A DNA stretch of 64,000 nt from an uncultured Rhodoblastus sp. GTDB taxonomy: Bacteria > Pseudomonadota > Alphaproteobacteria > Rhizobiales > Beijerinckiaceae. The DNA lies in NCBI GenBank assembly GCA_964634325.1, contig CAZWJF010000009.1, forward strand, positions 94,028 through 158,027, given 5' to 3'. Both the position numbers and the translations under genes were made by a program. Within the stretch, counting starts at the first letter, position 1, and each line of letters starts with the position of its first letter. The notes under the pieces were generated by a model that did no database searches, was not told where the DNA came from, and saw only the letters and a list, made by a program, of their open reading frames with translations. This document shows positions 48,639 through 58,413 of the stretch, piece by piece.

Positions 48639-48749
48639 CGACTGCTCCCTCGGATCGCCGGCTGCGTCGGCGCAAATCAATTGATGTCGGCGCTCGCGGG
48701 CGCCTGATGAGACTCACGACCAGTCTCGCGGCGGAGGGTAAATTTTTCC

Positions 48750-50339
48750 TTAGCGGCTGTCCGCCTTTGGAACAGTTTTCCCGCTCACTCCAGGGGAGAA
48801 GGTCGGATCGACGCCATAGCCGAAATCCGGCCAGCACTGGCGCACGTCGACGGGGCGATGCGTCGCGCCGTCGGAGTTCATCAACCAGGCCGGCATCGTC
48901 CGGCGGTCGACCGCGTAATTGCTCGGCGCGTCCTCGCCGGCCAACGCCGCATTGGCTTCAAACAGCGAGCAATCGCTGATCGGATACCGCTGGAAGACGG
49001 CGGCGCGCGTGAGTTCGACGGCGGCCGAGGGCGCGCAGAGCCCGAGGACCAGAGCGCCGAGATAGCGTGCGAACGTGCCGCGGCGCGCCGGATCGAGCAG
49101 GACAGAGCCGAAGCAGAAGGCCACAATCGTAAGCGCCGAAATCGAGCCGCGCATCACCAGATCGTTGGCAGGTCCAAACCGCCCGAGCGGCAGGGCGACG
49201 AGCAGGATCAGGCTGAAGATCAGCAGACCGCGGTCCGCGGAGGGCACGTAGCGTCGGTACAGCGCGATATAGCCGACAGGAACGAAAGCGGCGAGGATGA
49301 AGACGATATAAAGCAGCCAGAATTCTTCGCGGTCGCTGCTCAATCCGTGATCGATCGTCTCCGCGCCGATGACCATATAGGCCGCGACCGGGATGAAGCC
49401 CACGGCGACCGCGGCCACCGACCACAGTCGCGCGGAGGTCAGGCTGACCCGAAAATTCGCGGCGATCCGAAGCACGATCCACAAGGCTGCGGGCAGGATG
49501 GCTAGCGGCGACCAGAACAGGGCGCCGCCGATGGAAACGGCCACGGTCGCCTCGTCGAGCTGACGTCGCGCGAGCAGCAACAGCAGCATGGCCAGCCACC
49601 AGCCTGGCAGCGCATGGTTCGGAACCCAGAAGAACTGGACGAGAGACGCGGAATACTGGAAATGCGGGTTCCAGGAATCAAAGCCGATATAAAGCAACCG
49701 GCCGAGCGTGAGCGGCATTTCGCCGACCATCACCAGCACGATGCCCAGCGCCGAACAGCCAGCGAGCAGAACCATGACGACGACATGCCGGAACCCGTGT
49801 CCGATCGTGGCGATCAGATAGAAGACGGCGCCGAGAAACAGGCTGTTCTGCGCGAACAACGCGACATGAGCGGCGTACAGGCCAAACGCGCGGCCGACGA
49901 GGGCCGGCAGCATATACATGCCGAGCGGCGCGCGCGTGACGTAGTCGACGCCTTTGTAGTCGTAGGCAGACGGAAAACCCGTCGTGACGAGATCGCCGAG
50001 CACCGCGTCGCGGATGCGCCAGTCGAGCGGCGTGTGAAGCAGATGCAACTGTCCGCCCAGAAGGAAGATCGCTGCGGCGAACGCGACCGCGACCGCAAGA
50101 CGGTTGCGCTGGATCGGTTCGTCGAGAAGGCCGTCGCAGGACGGCGCGCGCGCGATGAGGACCATCGCGCCGACGCACGCTCCAAGAAGAAGGGCTGCAG
50201 GCGCAGGGCGCAAATGCAACGCAAGCAACGCCGACGACGCGAACATCAGGAACGAGGTGAAAGCGACGAGCGCGCGGTTGGTCAGCGTCGCGCTGCGGAC
50301 CGATGCGCTGACGTCCGAACCAACCGCGAAATCGCTCAT
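48750..50339 (-). CDS. Large polytopic membrane protein, candidate GT-C-type lipid-carrier-dependent glycosyltransferase (GtrC analogue)
   Basis: 529 aa from ATG 50339 (ATGA overlap with the gtrA stop). More than 12 predicted TM helices and a ~100-aa non-hydrophobic C-terminus. The function is positional inference only. Confidence 0.5.
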   Translation of the reverse strand: MSDFAVGSDVSASVRSATLTNRALVAFTSFLMFASSALLALHLRPAPAALLLGACVGAMVLIARAPSCDGLLDEPIQRNRLAVAVAFAAAIFLLGGQLHLLHTPLDWRIRDAVLGDLVTTGFPSAYDYKGVDYVTRAPLGMYMLPALVGRAFGLYAAHVALFAQNSLFLGAVFYLIATIGHGFRHVVVMVLLAGCSALGIVLVMVGEMPLTLGRLLYIGFDSWNPHFQYSASLVQFFWVPNHALPGWWLAMLLLLLARRQLDEATVAVSIGGALFWSPLAILPAALWIVLRIAANFRVSLTSARLWSVAAVAVGFIPVAAYMVIGAETIDHGLSSDREEFWLLYIVFILAAFVPVGYIALYRRYVPSADRGLLIFSLILLVALPLGRFGPANDLVMRGSISALTIVAFCFGSVLLDPARRGTFARYLGALVLGLCAPSAAVELTRAAVFQRYPISDCSLFEANAALAGEDAPSNYAVDRRTMPAWLMNSDGATHRPVDVRQCWPDFGYGVDPTFSPGVSGKTVPKADSR

Positions 50340-50791
50340 GTCGCGCTCCGGAAGACAAAGTCGCGGCTCAGGACGTAGGAAATCGTCACGGCGCCGGGCA
50401 GAAGCAGCAGGCCGGCGAGCCATGGTGCGACATGAGCTTGCTCCAGAGCCGCGAGACCAGCCGCGTTGTAGACGAACACCACGCCATAGACGCCGAAGAA
50501 CCGGACGAGATTGCCGGCGCCGTGGGCGCGGAACACGAAGCGTCCGGTCGTGCGGAAGTTGAACAGAATGCCGAGGATCGTCGAGATGACGAGCGCAGAA
50601 AACGTCGTCGGCATGATCGCCAGCGCGACAAGGAATAATCCGTATCCGAAAGCCGTATTCACGCCGCCGACGATCAGAAACCGCAAGACTCGGTGGCGTT
50701 CCAGCAGGCCGCGCGTCGAGGCGACGATGTTGTGAAGCCCAGCGCGGCGTGGCGCGGGTCGCTCCTCGCGATCGTCGACGGACGGAATCAC
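50336..50791 (-). CDS. gtrA: GtrA-family small membrane protein (lipid-linked sugar translocation)
   Basis: 151 aa. ...[18 protein letters not shown]... and four TM helices ending [14 protein letters not shown] overlap with the upstream ddhC stop. Confidence 0.8.
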   Translation of the reverse strand: MIPSVDDREERPAPRRAGLHNIVASTRGLLERHRVLRFLIVGGVNTAFGYGLFLVALAIMPTTFSALVISTILGILFNFRTTGRFVFRAHGAGNLVRFFGVYGVVFVYNAAGLAALEQAHVAPWLAGLLLLPGAVTISYVLSRDFVFRSAT

Positions 50792-52131
50792 GCGACCTCG
50801 CGCGGCAGATTGCGGGCGAGGCCGCGCAGCGTCTCGATGACGAAATCGATTTCAGCCTCGCCGAGGCCCGGATAGACGCCGATCCAGAATGTACGGTCGA
50901 CCACGATATCGGCGTTCGTCAGCGGGCCGGCGATGCGATAGTCGCGGCCCTTCATGTACGGCTGGCGCACGAGATTTCCGCCGAACAGCAGACGTGTGCC
51001 GATGTTGCGCGCCTGCAGTTCGAGCAGCAGAGCATGGCGCGACAGCGGCGCGTCCTTGCGCAGGGTGATCGGAAATCCGAACCACGAGGGTTCCGTTCCC
51101 GGCGTCGCCTCCGGCAGGATGAACACGTCCTCAAGCGACGCGAGGCCATCGCGCAACCGTGCGAAATTGCGACGGCGCGCGGCGATGAATTCGTCGAGGC
51201 GTTCGAGCTGCGCGACGCCCACCGCCGCCTGCATGTCGGTGATCTTCAGATTGTAGCCGAGATGCGAATAGACGTACTTGTGATCGTAGCCCTTGGGCAG
51301 GTCGCCGAGCCGCCAGCCGTAGCGCTTGTTGCAGCTGTTGTCCTTGCCTGGATCGCAATAGCAGTCGCGGCCCCAGTCGCGAAACGATTCCATGATCTTG
51401 TCGAGATTGGCGTCGTTCGTGAACACAGCGCCGCCCTCGCCCATCGTGATGTGATGGGCGGGATAGAAGCTCAGCGTGCCGATGTCGCCGAACGTGCCGA
51501 CATGCTTTCCGCCCACGGTCGCGCCGAGCGCGTCGCAGCAATCTTCGATCAGAAACAGGCCATGCCGATCGCACAACTTGCGGAGCGCCAGCACGTCGAA
51601 CGGATTGCCGAGCGTGTGGGCGACCATGATCGCGCGCGTGCGCGGTCCGATCGCCGCTTCCAGGGCCGCGACGTCGATGTTGTAGGTCGGTATGTCCACA
51701 TCGACAAAGACGGGGACCATATTGTGTTGCAGGATCGGATTGACGGTGGTCGGAAACCCGGTCGCACAGGTTACGACCTCGTCGCCGGGCTTGAGTTGAC
51801 GCTGCTTGAGGCGCGGCGAGGTGAGCGCCGAAAACGCGACCAGATTGGCCGACGAGCCGGAATTGACGGTCAACGCGTATTTTGCGCCGATGCGGCGGGC
51901 GAGTCTGTCCTCGAATTCGTCGTTGAACCGGCCCGTCGTCAGCCAGAAGTCGAGTGCGGAATCGACCAGCATCTGCATGTCGCGCGCGCCGTAGACGCGG
52001 CCCGACACCGGGACGTTGGGGCGTGAAGGATCGAAGGGCGCACGCTGATGCGCGGCCGCGTGATAGCGCGCGGTCAATTCGAGAATCTGGGCGCGCAGCG
52101 CCTGCGGATCGTCAGGCGCGCTTGCGCTCAT
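50788..52131 (-). CDS. ddhC: CDP-6-deoxy-L-threo-D-glycero-4-hexulose-3-dehydrase (E1; RfbH/DdhC)
   Basis: 447 aa DegT/DnrJ-fold. [14 protein letters not shown] (His in place of the Schiff-base Lys). Cys pattern DC-C...(57 residues)...[11 protein letters not shown] equals C-X57-C-X1-C-X7-C. Confidence 0.9.
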   Translation of the reverse strand: MSASAPDDPQALRAQILELTARYHAAAHQRAPFDPSRPNVPVSGRVYGARDMQMLVDSALDFWLTTGRFNDEFEDRLARRIGAKYALTVNSGSSANLVAFSALTSPRLKQRQLKPGDEVVTCATGFPTTVNPILQHNMVPVFVDVDIPTYNIDVAALEAAIGPRTRAIMVAHTLGNPFDVLALRKLCDRHGLFLIEDCCDALGATVGGKHVGTFGDIGTLSFYPAHHITMGEGGAVFTNDANLDKIMESFRDWGRDCYCDPGKDNSCNKRYGWRLGDLPKGYDHKYVYSHLGYNLKITDMQAAVGVAQLERLDEFIAARRRNFARLRDGLASLEDVFILPEATPGTEPSWFGFPITLRKDAPLSRHALLLELQARNIGTRLLFGGNLVRQPYMKGRDYRIAGPLTNADIVVDRTFWIGVYPGLGEAEIDFVIETLRGLARNLPREVA

Positions 52132-53242
52132 GGCGGGGCTCTTGTGTCGGGCGGTCGACGACGCCGGCGTGGGGAGCGTCGAGACGCACGCGTTGACCGA
52201 GATAGGAATCGACCTGTTCGAATGTCGCGCGCCGCACGTCGTCGCCGCGTGCGTAGGCGCCGTACCAGGCGGCCGTCCACGCGAGCGCTTCGTCGAAATC
52301 GAGCAGCGGGCGCCAGCCGAGCGTCGCGTTCGCGCGCGACGTGTCGAGCCGCAGGAGATTGGCTTCGTGCGGATGATGCGCCCGATCGTGCGTCCATCCG
52401 CCGTCGACGCCCATCGCGCGATAGAAGGCGTCGAGCAATTGCGCGACGTTGCGCTCGCCTTCGACGCCCGGACCGAAATTGAATCCGCCTGATACTCCCT
52501 CCTGCGTCAGCGTTCGTTCCGCGAGCAGAAGGTAGCCGTAGAGCGGCTCCAGCACGTGCTGCCAGGGCCGCACGGCGCCGGGGCTGCGAACCATCAGCTT
52601 TTCGCCGGCGATCCGAGCGCGCACGGCGTCGGGCAGGATCCGGTTTTCCGCGAAGTCGCCGCCGCCGATGACATTGCCGGCGCGCGCCGATACGACGCGT
52701 ACGCCGGTCGCGGCGAGAAAGCTCTCGGAATAGGCGGAGGTCACGAGTTCAGCGCAGGCCTTGCTGCTGGCGTAAGGATCGCGGCCGCCGAGACGGTCGG
52801 TCTCGCGATAGCCCCAAACCCATTCCCGGTTGTCGTAGCACTTGTCGGTGGTGACCACGACGACGGCGCGCACGCTCGGCGTTCTGCGAACGGCCTCCAG
52901 CAGCGCGACTGCGCCCATCACGTTCACGCGGTAGGTCTCGACCGGATCGCGATAGCCCCAGCTGACCAGAGGCTGCGCGGCCATGTGGAACACGATGTCC
53001 GGTTCGCTCGCAGCCAGCGCCGCCTCGAGCGGGGCGAGGTCGGCGATGTCCCCGCGCCGGTCGTCGATCAGCGCCCCGGCGCCGATCATGTCGAACAAGC
53101 TCGGATTGGTCGGCGGCGCCAGTGCGTAGCCGGTCGCGCGCGCATTCAGCCGCTCCAGCATCGCCGACAGCCATGCGCCCTTGAAGCCCGTGTGGCCGGT
53201 GACGAAGACGCGTTTGCCGCTCCAGAAGGAGGAGGAGATCAC
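52112..53242 (-). CDS. rfbG: CDP-glucose 4,6-dehydratase
   Basis: 376 aa from GTG 53242 (GTGA overlap with the rfbF stop). [20 protein letters not shown]..., YASSKACAE (YxxxK). The 73-codon upstream extension of the track ORF overlaps rfbF and was rejected. Confidence 0.88.
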   Translation of the reverse strand: MISSSFWSGKRVFVTGHTGFKGAWLSAMLERLNARATGYALAPPTNPSLFDMIGAGALIDDRRGDIADLAPLEAALAASEPDIVFHMAAQPLVSWGYRDPVETYRVNVMGAVALLEAVRRTPSVRAVVVVTTDKCYDNREWVWGYRETDRLGGRDPYASSKACAELVTSAYSESFLAATGVRVVSARAGNVIGGGDFAENRILPDAVRARIAGEKLMVRSPGAVRPWQHVLEPLYGYLLLAERTLTQEGVSGGFNFGPGVEGERNVAQLLDAFYRAMGVDGGWTHDRAHHPHEANLLRLDTSRANATLGWRPLLDFDEALAWTAAWYGAYARGDDVRRATFEQVDSYLGQRVRLDAPHAGVVDRPTQEPRHERKRA

Positions 53243-54009
53243 CAGCGCCTCCACTTCGCCTGGTCCGACGCCCATTCCTCTTCCAGGAACATCTTGTCGC
53301 GCAGCGTATCCATGGGATGCCAGAAGCCGTCGTGCAGATAGGCGCGCATCTGGTCCTCGTCGACCAGACTCGACATGGGGCCGCGCTCCCAGATCGTTTC
53401 GTCGCCCTCGATGCGGTCGATCACGCGCGGCGACAGCAGGAAGAAGCCGGCGCTGACCCAATCTTCGCGGTTTTCAGGCTTTTCGCGGAACGAGAGAATT
53501 CGGTCGCCGGTCAGGTTGATCTCGCCGAACTGGCGCTTCGGCCGGACGGCGGCCACCGTAGCAAGCCTGCCGTGCGCGCGATGAAACGCAAGCTCCGCCC
53601 TGAGGTCGATGTCGGAGACGCCGTCGCCATAGGTCAGCGCGAAAACGTCGTCGTCTTGCAGATGGTCGCGGACGCGCTTGATTCGCCCGCCGGTCATCGT
53701 CCTTTCGCCCGTATCCACCAGCGTGACGCGCCAGGGTTCGGCGGTCTGGCGATGCACTTCCATGCGATTGTTGGCCAGGTCGAACGTGACGTCCGACATG
53801 TGCAGGAAGTAGTTCGCGAAAAATTCCTTGATGTAATAGCCCTTGTATCCCAGGCAGATCACGAACTCGTTGAACCCCTGCGACGAGTATATTTTCATGA
53901 TGTGCCAGAGGATCGGCCGGCCGCCGATTTCGACCATGGGCTTGGGCCGGATCGTCGTTTCCTCGACGAGCCGCGTGCCTAGCCCGCCGGCGAGGATGAC
54001 GACCTTCAT
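53239..54009 (-). CDS. rfbF: Glucose-1-phosphate cytidylyltransferase
   Basis: 256 aa. MKVVILAGGLGTRL.EET..RPKPMVEIGGRPILWHIMKIYS..GF.EFVICLGYKGY.IKEFF.NY is the RfbF signature. Confidence 0.92.
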   Translation of the reverse strand: MKVVILAGGLGTRLVEETTIRPKPMVEIGGRPILWHIMKIYSSQGFNEFVICLGYKGYYIKEFFANYFLHMSDVTFDLANNRMEVHRQTAEPWRVTLVDTGERTMTGGRIKRVRDHLQDDDVFALTYGDGVSDIDLRAELAFHRAHGRLATVAAVRPKRQFGEINLTGDRILSFREKPENREDWVSAGFFLLSPRVIDRIEGDETIWERGPMSSLVDEDQMRAYLHDGFWHPMDTLRDKMFLEEEWASDQAKWRRW

Positions 54010-54134
54010 GGGTTTCCGTTTCGCGTCTGCGCCGCGCGGGCGCTCCGCCGCGAATTTTCAGGCGAACTCACTTAAATTTCGGTGAATTTGGGCCCTGTCG
54101 CGGTAACAATTCGCGCCGGCCGACGTCGCTTTCG

Positions 54135-56009
54135 TCAGCTCAGGATTTTCAGGATCGCCTCGACGCAGGCGTCGGGATCGAGTTCGGCGGTCAGCAGATG
54201 CGCCTCCGGCGCCTGCGGCGGCTCGTAGGGGCTGTCGACGCCGGTGAAGTTCTTGAGCTTTCCGGCGCGGGCGAGCGCATAGAGCCCCTTGGCGTCGCGC
54301 CGTTCGCACTCTTCGATCGGCGCGTCGACGAAGGCCTCCTTGAAGGTTCCTTCAGCGAACAGATTGCGCGCCATCTGCCGCTCGCTGCGGAAGGGCGAGA
54401 TGAAGCTGACGAGCACGATCAGTCCCGCGTCCACCATCAGCCGGGCGACTTCCGCGACGCGGCGGATGTTCTCGACGCGGTCCGCCTCTGTGAATCCGAG
54501 GTCGCGATTGAGCCCGTGACGTACGTTGTCGCCGTCGAGCAGATAGGTATGGCGACCTTCGGCGTTGAGGCGCTTGTCGAGCAGATTGGCGATCGTCGAC
54601 TTGCCGGACCCCGAAAGGCCGGTGAACCAGACGCACTGCGGCGTTTGATGCTTCTGCGCCGCGCGCGAGGCGGGACGGACCTCGATCGCCTGCCAATGGA
54701 TGTTGCGGGCCCGACGCAGGGCGAAGTCGATCGTTCCCGCGCCGACGGTCGCAAACGTCAGCTTGTCGATCAGGATGAACGAACCGAGCGAGCGATTGAC
54801 GCCATAAGGTTCGAACGGCAATTGCGCGCCCGTTGAGAACGTGATGCGGCCGATTTCGTTCAGGGCCAGCGTCTTGGTCGAAAGATGCGCGCCGGTGTCG
54901 ACGTCTTCCCGATATTTGATTTCGGAAATCGTCGCAGTCGTTTCCTTTGCGCCGAGCTTGAGGAGATATTGGCGCCCCGCGGCCATCGGATTTTCGTCCA
55001 GCCACAGGAGCCGGCCTTCGAACTGATCGGCGGCCTCCGATGGCGCGGCGGCTGCGACGAGCGCATCGCCGCGGCTGATGTCGATCTCGTCGTCCAGCGT
55101 CAGCGTCACGGAATCGCCTGCGCGTGCGTCGACCGCCTGATCGAAGCCGCGGAGAATCGAACGAACGCGCGTCGTCGTTCCCGACGGTACGACGCGAACC
55201 GGATCGCCGGGTCGGACCTCGCCTTGCGCGATCCGCCCGCAATACCCGCGGAAGTCGAGATTCGGACGATTGACGAACTGGACGGACATCCGAAACGGCC
55301 TGTCGACCGCCGCATCCCCGATCTCGATCGCGTCGAGTGCGTCCATGAGGCAAGCGCCAGCGTACCAAGGCGTCGCGGCGCTCTTGGTCATGACGTTGTC
55401 GCCGGCGAGCGCCGAAACCGGAATTGCGGCTATTGTCGCAAGATCGAAACCGGCGGCGAAGGCGCGGTAATCGTCGACGATCCGTTCGAACACGACGCGG
55501 TCGTAGCCGACAAGGTCCATCTTGTTGATGGCGAGAATGACATGACGCACGCCCATCATGGCGACGATGCGCGTATGGCGGCGCGTCTGCACGAGCACGC
55601 CCTTGCGCGCATCGATCAGCAGGACGGCGACGTCGGCCGTTGAAGCGCCCGTCGCCATGTTGCGCGTGTATTGTTCGTGGCCCGGCGTGTCCGCGACGAT
55701 GTAGCGCCGGCGTTCGCTGGCGAAATAGCGGTAGGCGACGTCGATTGTGATGCCCTGCTCGCGCTCGGCTTGCAGGCCGTCGACGAGCAGGGCGAAATCG
55801 ATCTTCTCGCCCTGAGTGCCATATTGGCGAGAGTCGGATTCGAGCGATTGCAGCTGATCGTCGAAGATGCTCTTGCTTTCGAACAGCAGCCGGCCGATCA
55901 GCGTGCTCTTGCCGTCGTCGACGCTGCCGCACGTGATGAACCGCAGCGTGGTCTTGTCGCGTTGCGCGGCGAGGGTCGCTCCGACCAGATGAGACGCAGG
56001 CTGCGGCAT
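54135..56009 (-). CDS. cysNC: Bifunctional sulfate adenylyltransferase subunit 1 / adenylylsulfate kinase (CysN-CysC, NodQ-type)
   Basis: 624 aa. GTPase [33 protein letters not shown]-terminal APS kinase [17 protein letters not shown]. Confidence 0.93.
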   Translation of the reverse strand: MPQPASHLVGATLAAQRDKTTLRFITCGSVDDGKSTLIGRLLFESKSIFDDQLQSLESDSRQYGTQGEKIDFALLVDGLQAEREQGITIDVAYRYFASERRRYIVADTPGHEQYTRNMATGASTADVAVLLIDARKGVLVQTRRHTRIVAMMGVRHVILAINKMDLVGYDRVVFERIVDDYRAFAAGFDLATIAAIPVSALAGDNVMTKSAATPWYAGACLMDALDAIEIGDAAVDRPFRMSVQFVNRPNLDFRGYCGRIAQGEVRPGDPVRVVPSGTTTRVRSILRGFDQAVDARAGDSVTLTLDDEIDISRGDALVAAAAPSEAADQFEGRLLWLDENPMAAGRQYLLKLGAKETTATISEIKYREDVDTGAHLSTKTLALNEIGRITFSTGAQLPFEPYGVNRSLGSFILIDKLTFATVGAGTIDFALRRARNIHWQAIEVRPASRAAQKHQTPQCVWFTGLSGSGKSTIANLLDKRLNAEGRHTYLLDGDNVRHGLNRDLGFTEADRVENIRRVAEVARLMVDAGLIVLVSFISPFRSERQMARNLFAEGTFKEAFVDAPIEECERRDAKGLYALARAGKLKNFTGVDSPYEPPQAPEAHLLTAELDPDACVEAILKILS

Positions 56010-56893
56010 CAGAAATAGCCTTCCTGCTTGCGTTGCTCCATCGACGCCGGCCGGTCGAAATCGATCAACCGACCCTGCCGTTCGGAGCTGCGTGCGGCGA
56101 AGGTTTCTGCGATGACCTCTTCAATGGTCGAAGCCTCGCTCTCGATCGCTGCGGTCAGCGGCCAGCAGCCGAGCGTACGGAATCGAACCTTGAGCATTTC
56201 GGGCTTTTCGTCCGGCTCGAACGGAAAGCGCTCGTCGTCGACCATCAACAGCTGGCCGTCGCGCCGCACGACCGGACGTTCCGCCGCGAGGTAGAGCGGA
56301 ACGATCGGAATGTTCTCCTGATGGATGTATTGCCAGACGTCCAGTTCGGTCCAGTTGCTCAGCGGAAAGACGCGGATCGTCTCGCCGGGTTTGATATGCG
56401 TGTTGTAGAGCGACCAGAGTTCCGGGCGCTGGCTCTTGGGGTCCCAGCGATGGCCGGGCGCGCGAAACGAGAAGATGCGCTCCTTGGCGCGGCTCTTTTC
56501 CTCATCGCGTCGCGCGCCGCCGAAGACGATGTCGAACTTGTGGAGATCGAGCGCGTCCTTCAGCGCCTGCGTCTTCATCACGTCGGTATGGTAGTTGCTG
56601 CCGTGCGTGAACGGGCCGACGCCGGCCGCGACCCCTTCCGGATTGATATAGGTGAGCAGTTTCGCGCCGCTTTCGGCGACCATGCGGTCGCGATGCGCGT
56701 ACATCGCCTTGAACTTCCAGCCGGTGTCGATGTGCAGCAGTGGAAACGGCGGCGGCGCCGGATAGAAGGCCTTGCGTGCGAGATGGAGAAGGACCGACGA
56801 ATCCTTGCCGATCGAATAGAGCATGACCGGATTGAGCGCGGACGCCACGGCTTCACGAATGATCTCGATCGATTCGGATTCGAGTGAACTCAT
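56009..56893 (-). CDS. cysD: Sulfate adenylyltransferase subunit 2
   Basis: 294 aa. ...[20 protein letters not shown]...[11 protein letters not shown]... Its stop shares one base with the cysNC ATG (TGATG). Confidence 0.93.
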   Translation of the reverse strand: MSSLESESIEIIREAVASALNPVMLYSIGKDSSVLLHLARKAFYPAPPPFPLLHIDTGWKFKAMYAHRDRMVAESGAKLLTYINPEGVAAGVGPFTHGSNYHTDVMKTQALKDALDLHKFDIVFGGARRDEEKSRAKERIFSFRAPGHRWDPKSQRPELWSLYNTHIKPGETIRVFPLSNWTELDVWQYIHQENIPIVPLYLAAERPVVRRDGQLLMVDDERFPFEPDEKPEMLKVRFRTLGCWPLTAAIESEASTIEEVIAETFAARSSERQGRLIDFDRPASMEQRKQEGYF

Positions 56894-57073
56894 TTCCCCC
56901 GTCCGCAGGCCGGATGCGTCGCGACGTCAAAGCCAAGTTCAAGCCAGTGCGGCCGACGTCATGGTCGCCGATGTACTGAAGGCGGCGACCATTTGTTCCT
57001 CCTAGTCGATCCATCTGGCGTTGCAAAGCGACCAAAGTCGATGCGCGCCCTGCGATGCAGGGACGTCACACCA

Positions 57074-57877
57074 TCACCTGCAGGCCCGGGCGCGAAGCAG
57101 CTCCGCTGTAGCTTCGTCGGCGGGATAGAATGTTTCGATCGCCAGCTCCGATAAGGTGATGTCGACAGGCGTGCCGAAGATTGTGATCGTCGAAATGAAC
57201 GAAAGGAGGCTGTCGCCGGATCGCAGAAAAAGCGGAACCGCGATCGCCGGCGCCTCGTTCGACGTGCGCTCGGACCGGGGCCGGCTCTGCGCGCCTGAAG
57301 GCGGCGCATAGGACAGGACCTCGTCGAGCAGGTCCGCGAGGCCGGCGTCGCCGCTCGTGGCGAACTGTTGTTGCAGACGCGCGACGAGATGCGCGCGCCA
57401 TTCCCCGAAATTGACGATGTGCGGCGCAAGACCTTCCGGATGCAGCGCCAGACGCATCGCGTTGGGCTTGTCGAGCAGCGCCGGCGCGACGCCGTCCAGG
57501 AAGCCAGCGGCGCCTGCGTTGAACGCGACGATATTCCACAATCGGTCGACCGCTAGGGCAGGGAAGGGCGCACAGCCCGCCAGCACCGCGTCGACCGCGG
57601 CGCGCGCCGCCGACATCGCAGGATCGTCCAGCGTCCTTTCCGCGTAGAGCGGCGCGAAGCCCGCGGCGAGCAGGATGGCGTTGCGCTCGCGCAGCGGCAC
57701 GGCCAGCGTCTCGGCGAGATGCACGATCATGTCGCGCGAGGGCTGCGCGCGGCCGGTCTCCACGAAACTCAGATGGCGCGCGGAAATCTCGGCTTCGAGC
57801 GCGAGTTCGAGCTGGCTCATGCGCCGACGCTGGCGCCACTGGCGCAGGTATTCGCCTGCAGGTCGGTGGTATCCCAT
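57074..57877 (-). CDS. MmyB-like XRE-family helix-turn-helix transcriptional regulator
   Basis: 267 aa. YLRQWRQRRRMSQLELALEAEISARHLSFVETGRAQPSRDMIVHLAETLAVPLRERN, then an MmyB-type ligand domain. Confidence 0.8.
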   Translation of the reverse strand: MGYHRPAGEYLRQWRQRRRMSQLELALEAEISARHLSFVETGRAQPSRDMIVHLAETLAVPLRERNAILLAAGFAPLYAERTLDDPAMSAARAAVDAVLAGCAPFPALAVDRLWNIVAFNAGAAGFLDGVAPALLDKPNAMRLALHPEGLAPHIVNFGEWRAHLVARLQQQFATSGDAGLADLLDEVLSYAPPSGAQSRPRSERTSNEAPAIAVPLFLRSGDSLLSFISTITIFGTPVDITLSELAIETFYPADEATAELLRARACR

Positions 57878-58000
57878 GTCCGCAATCTAGCGCGCCGGCG
57901 CGGCCATCCAATTACCTCGCGCGTAATCGACGCCAGCGTCCCCCTGGCTCAGGCTTTCTCCATTCCGCTTTCCGCAGCGGTCGAAGAAAGGAGAAGTTCC

Positions 58001-58396
58001 ATGCGCTTCGTCGTCCCGTCCCCGCTCTTGCGCAATGTCCTGATCGTCGACGCCGCCTTCAGCGGCGCGTCGGGCCTGACGCTCGCCGCGGCGGCCGAGC
58101 CGTTGGCCGCCGCCTTCGCGTTGCCGCACGCGCTCCTGCTGGGCGCCGGCGTGTTCTGCATGGTCTACGCCGTCATTGTCGGCTCGCTCGGCCTGGCGGC
58201 CATGCTGCCGCGCGGCCTCGTGTGGTTCGTCGTGGCGGGCAACGCGCTCTGGACGATCGAAAGTCTCGTCCTGCTCGCGCAAACCTCGCCGACGTCGCTT
58301 GGGATCGCCGCGGTCGTCGCGCAGGCGACGGTCGTCGCGGCGATTGCGGCGGGACAGTGGATCGGGCTGAAGCGGTCCGAGCCCGCGCCGGCCTGA
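58001..58396 (+). CDS. Small membrane protein divergent from the MmyB-like regulator
   Basis: 131 aa from ATG 58001 (AGGAGA upstream) with four hydrophobic helices. The longer track ORF (from 57719) overlaps the regulator gene. Confidence 0.5.
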   Translation: MRFVVPSPLLRNVLIVDAAFSGASGLTLAAAAEPLAAAFALPHALLLGAGVFCMVYAVIVGSLGLAAMLPRGLVWFVVAGNALWTIESLVLLAQTSPTSLGIAAVVAQATVVAAIAAGQWIGLKRSEPAPA

Positions 58397-58413
58397 CGCT
58401 TCGGCGTCAGCGC

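Noticed and set aside
52112-53461. 449-aa version of the rfbG ORF, and the 356-aa version of the methyltransferase ORF (28573-29643).
   Set aside because: The upstream extensions are Arg-rich and overlap the preceding well-supported genes (rfbF, GNAT). Internal starts that form ATGA/GTGA overlaps with the upstream stop give proteins of canonical length.
54010-54134. Search for a JUMPStart/ops (GGCGGTAG) antitermination element upstream of the rfbF operon.
   Set aside because: The ops octamer is not present on the minus strand of this spacer. Only short imperfect AAATT-containing repeats occur.
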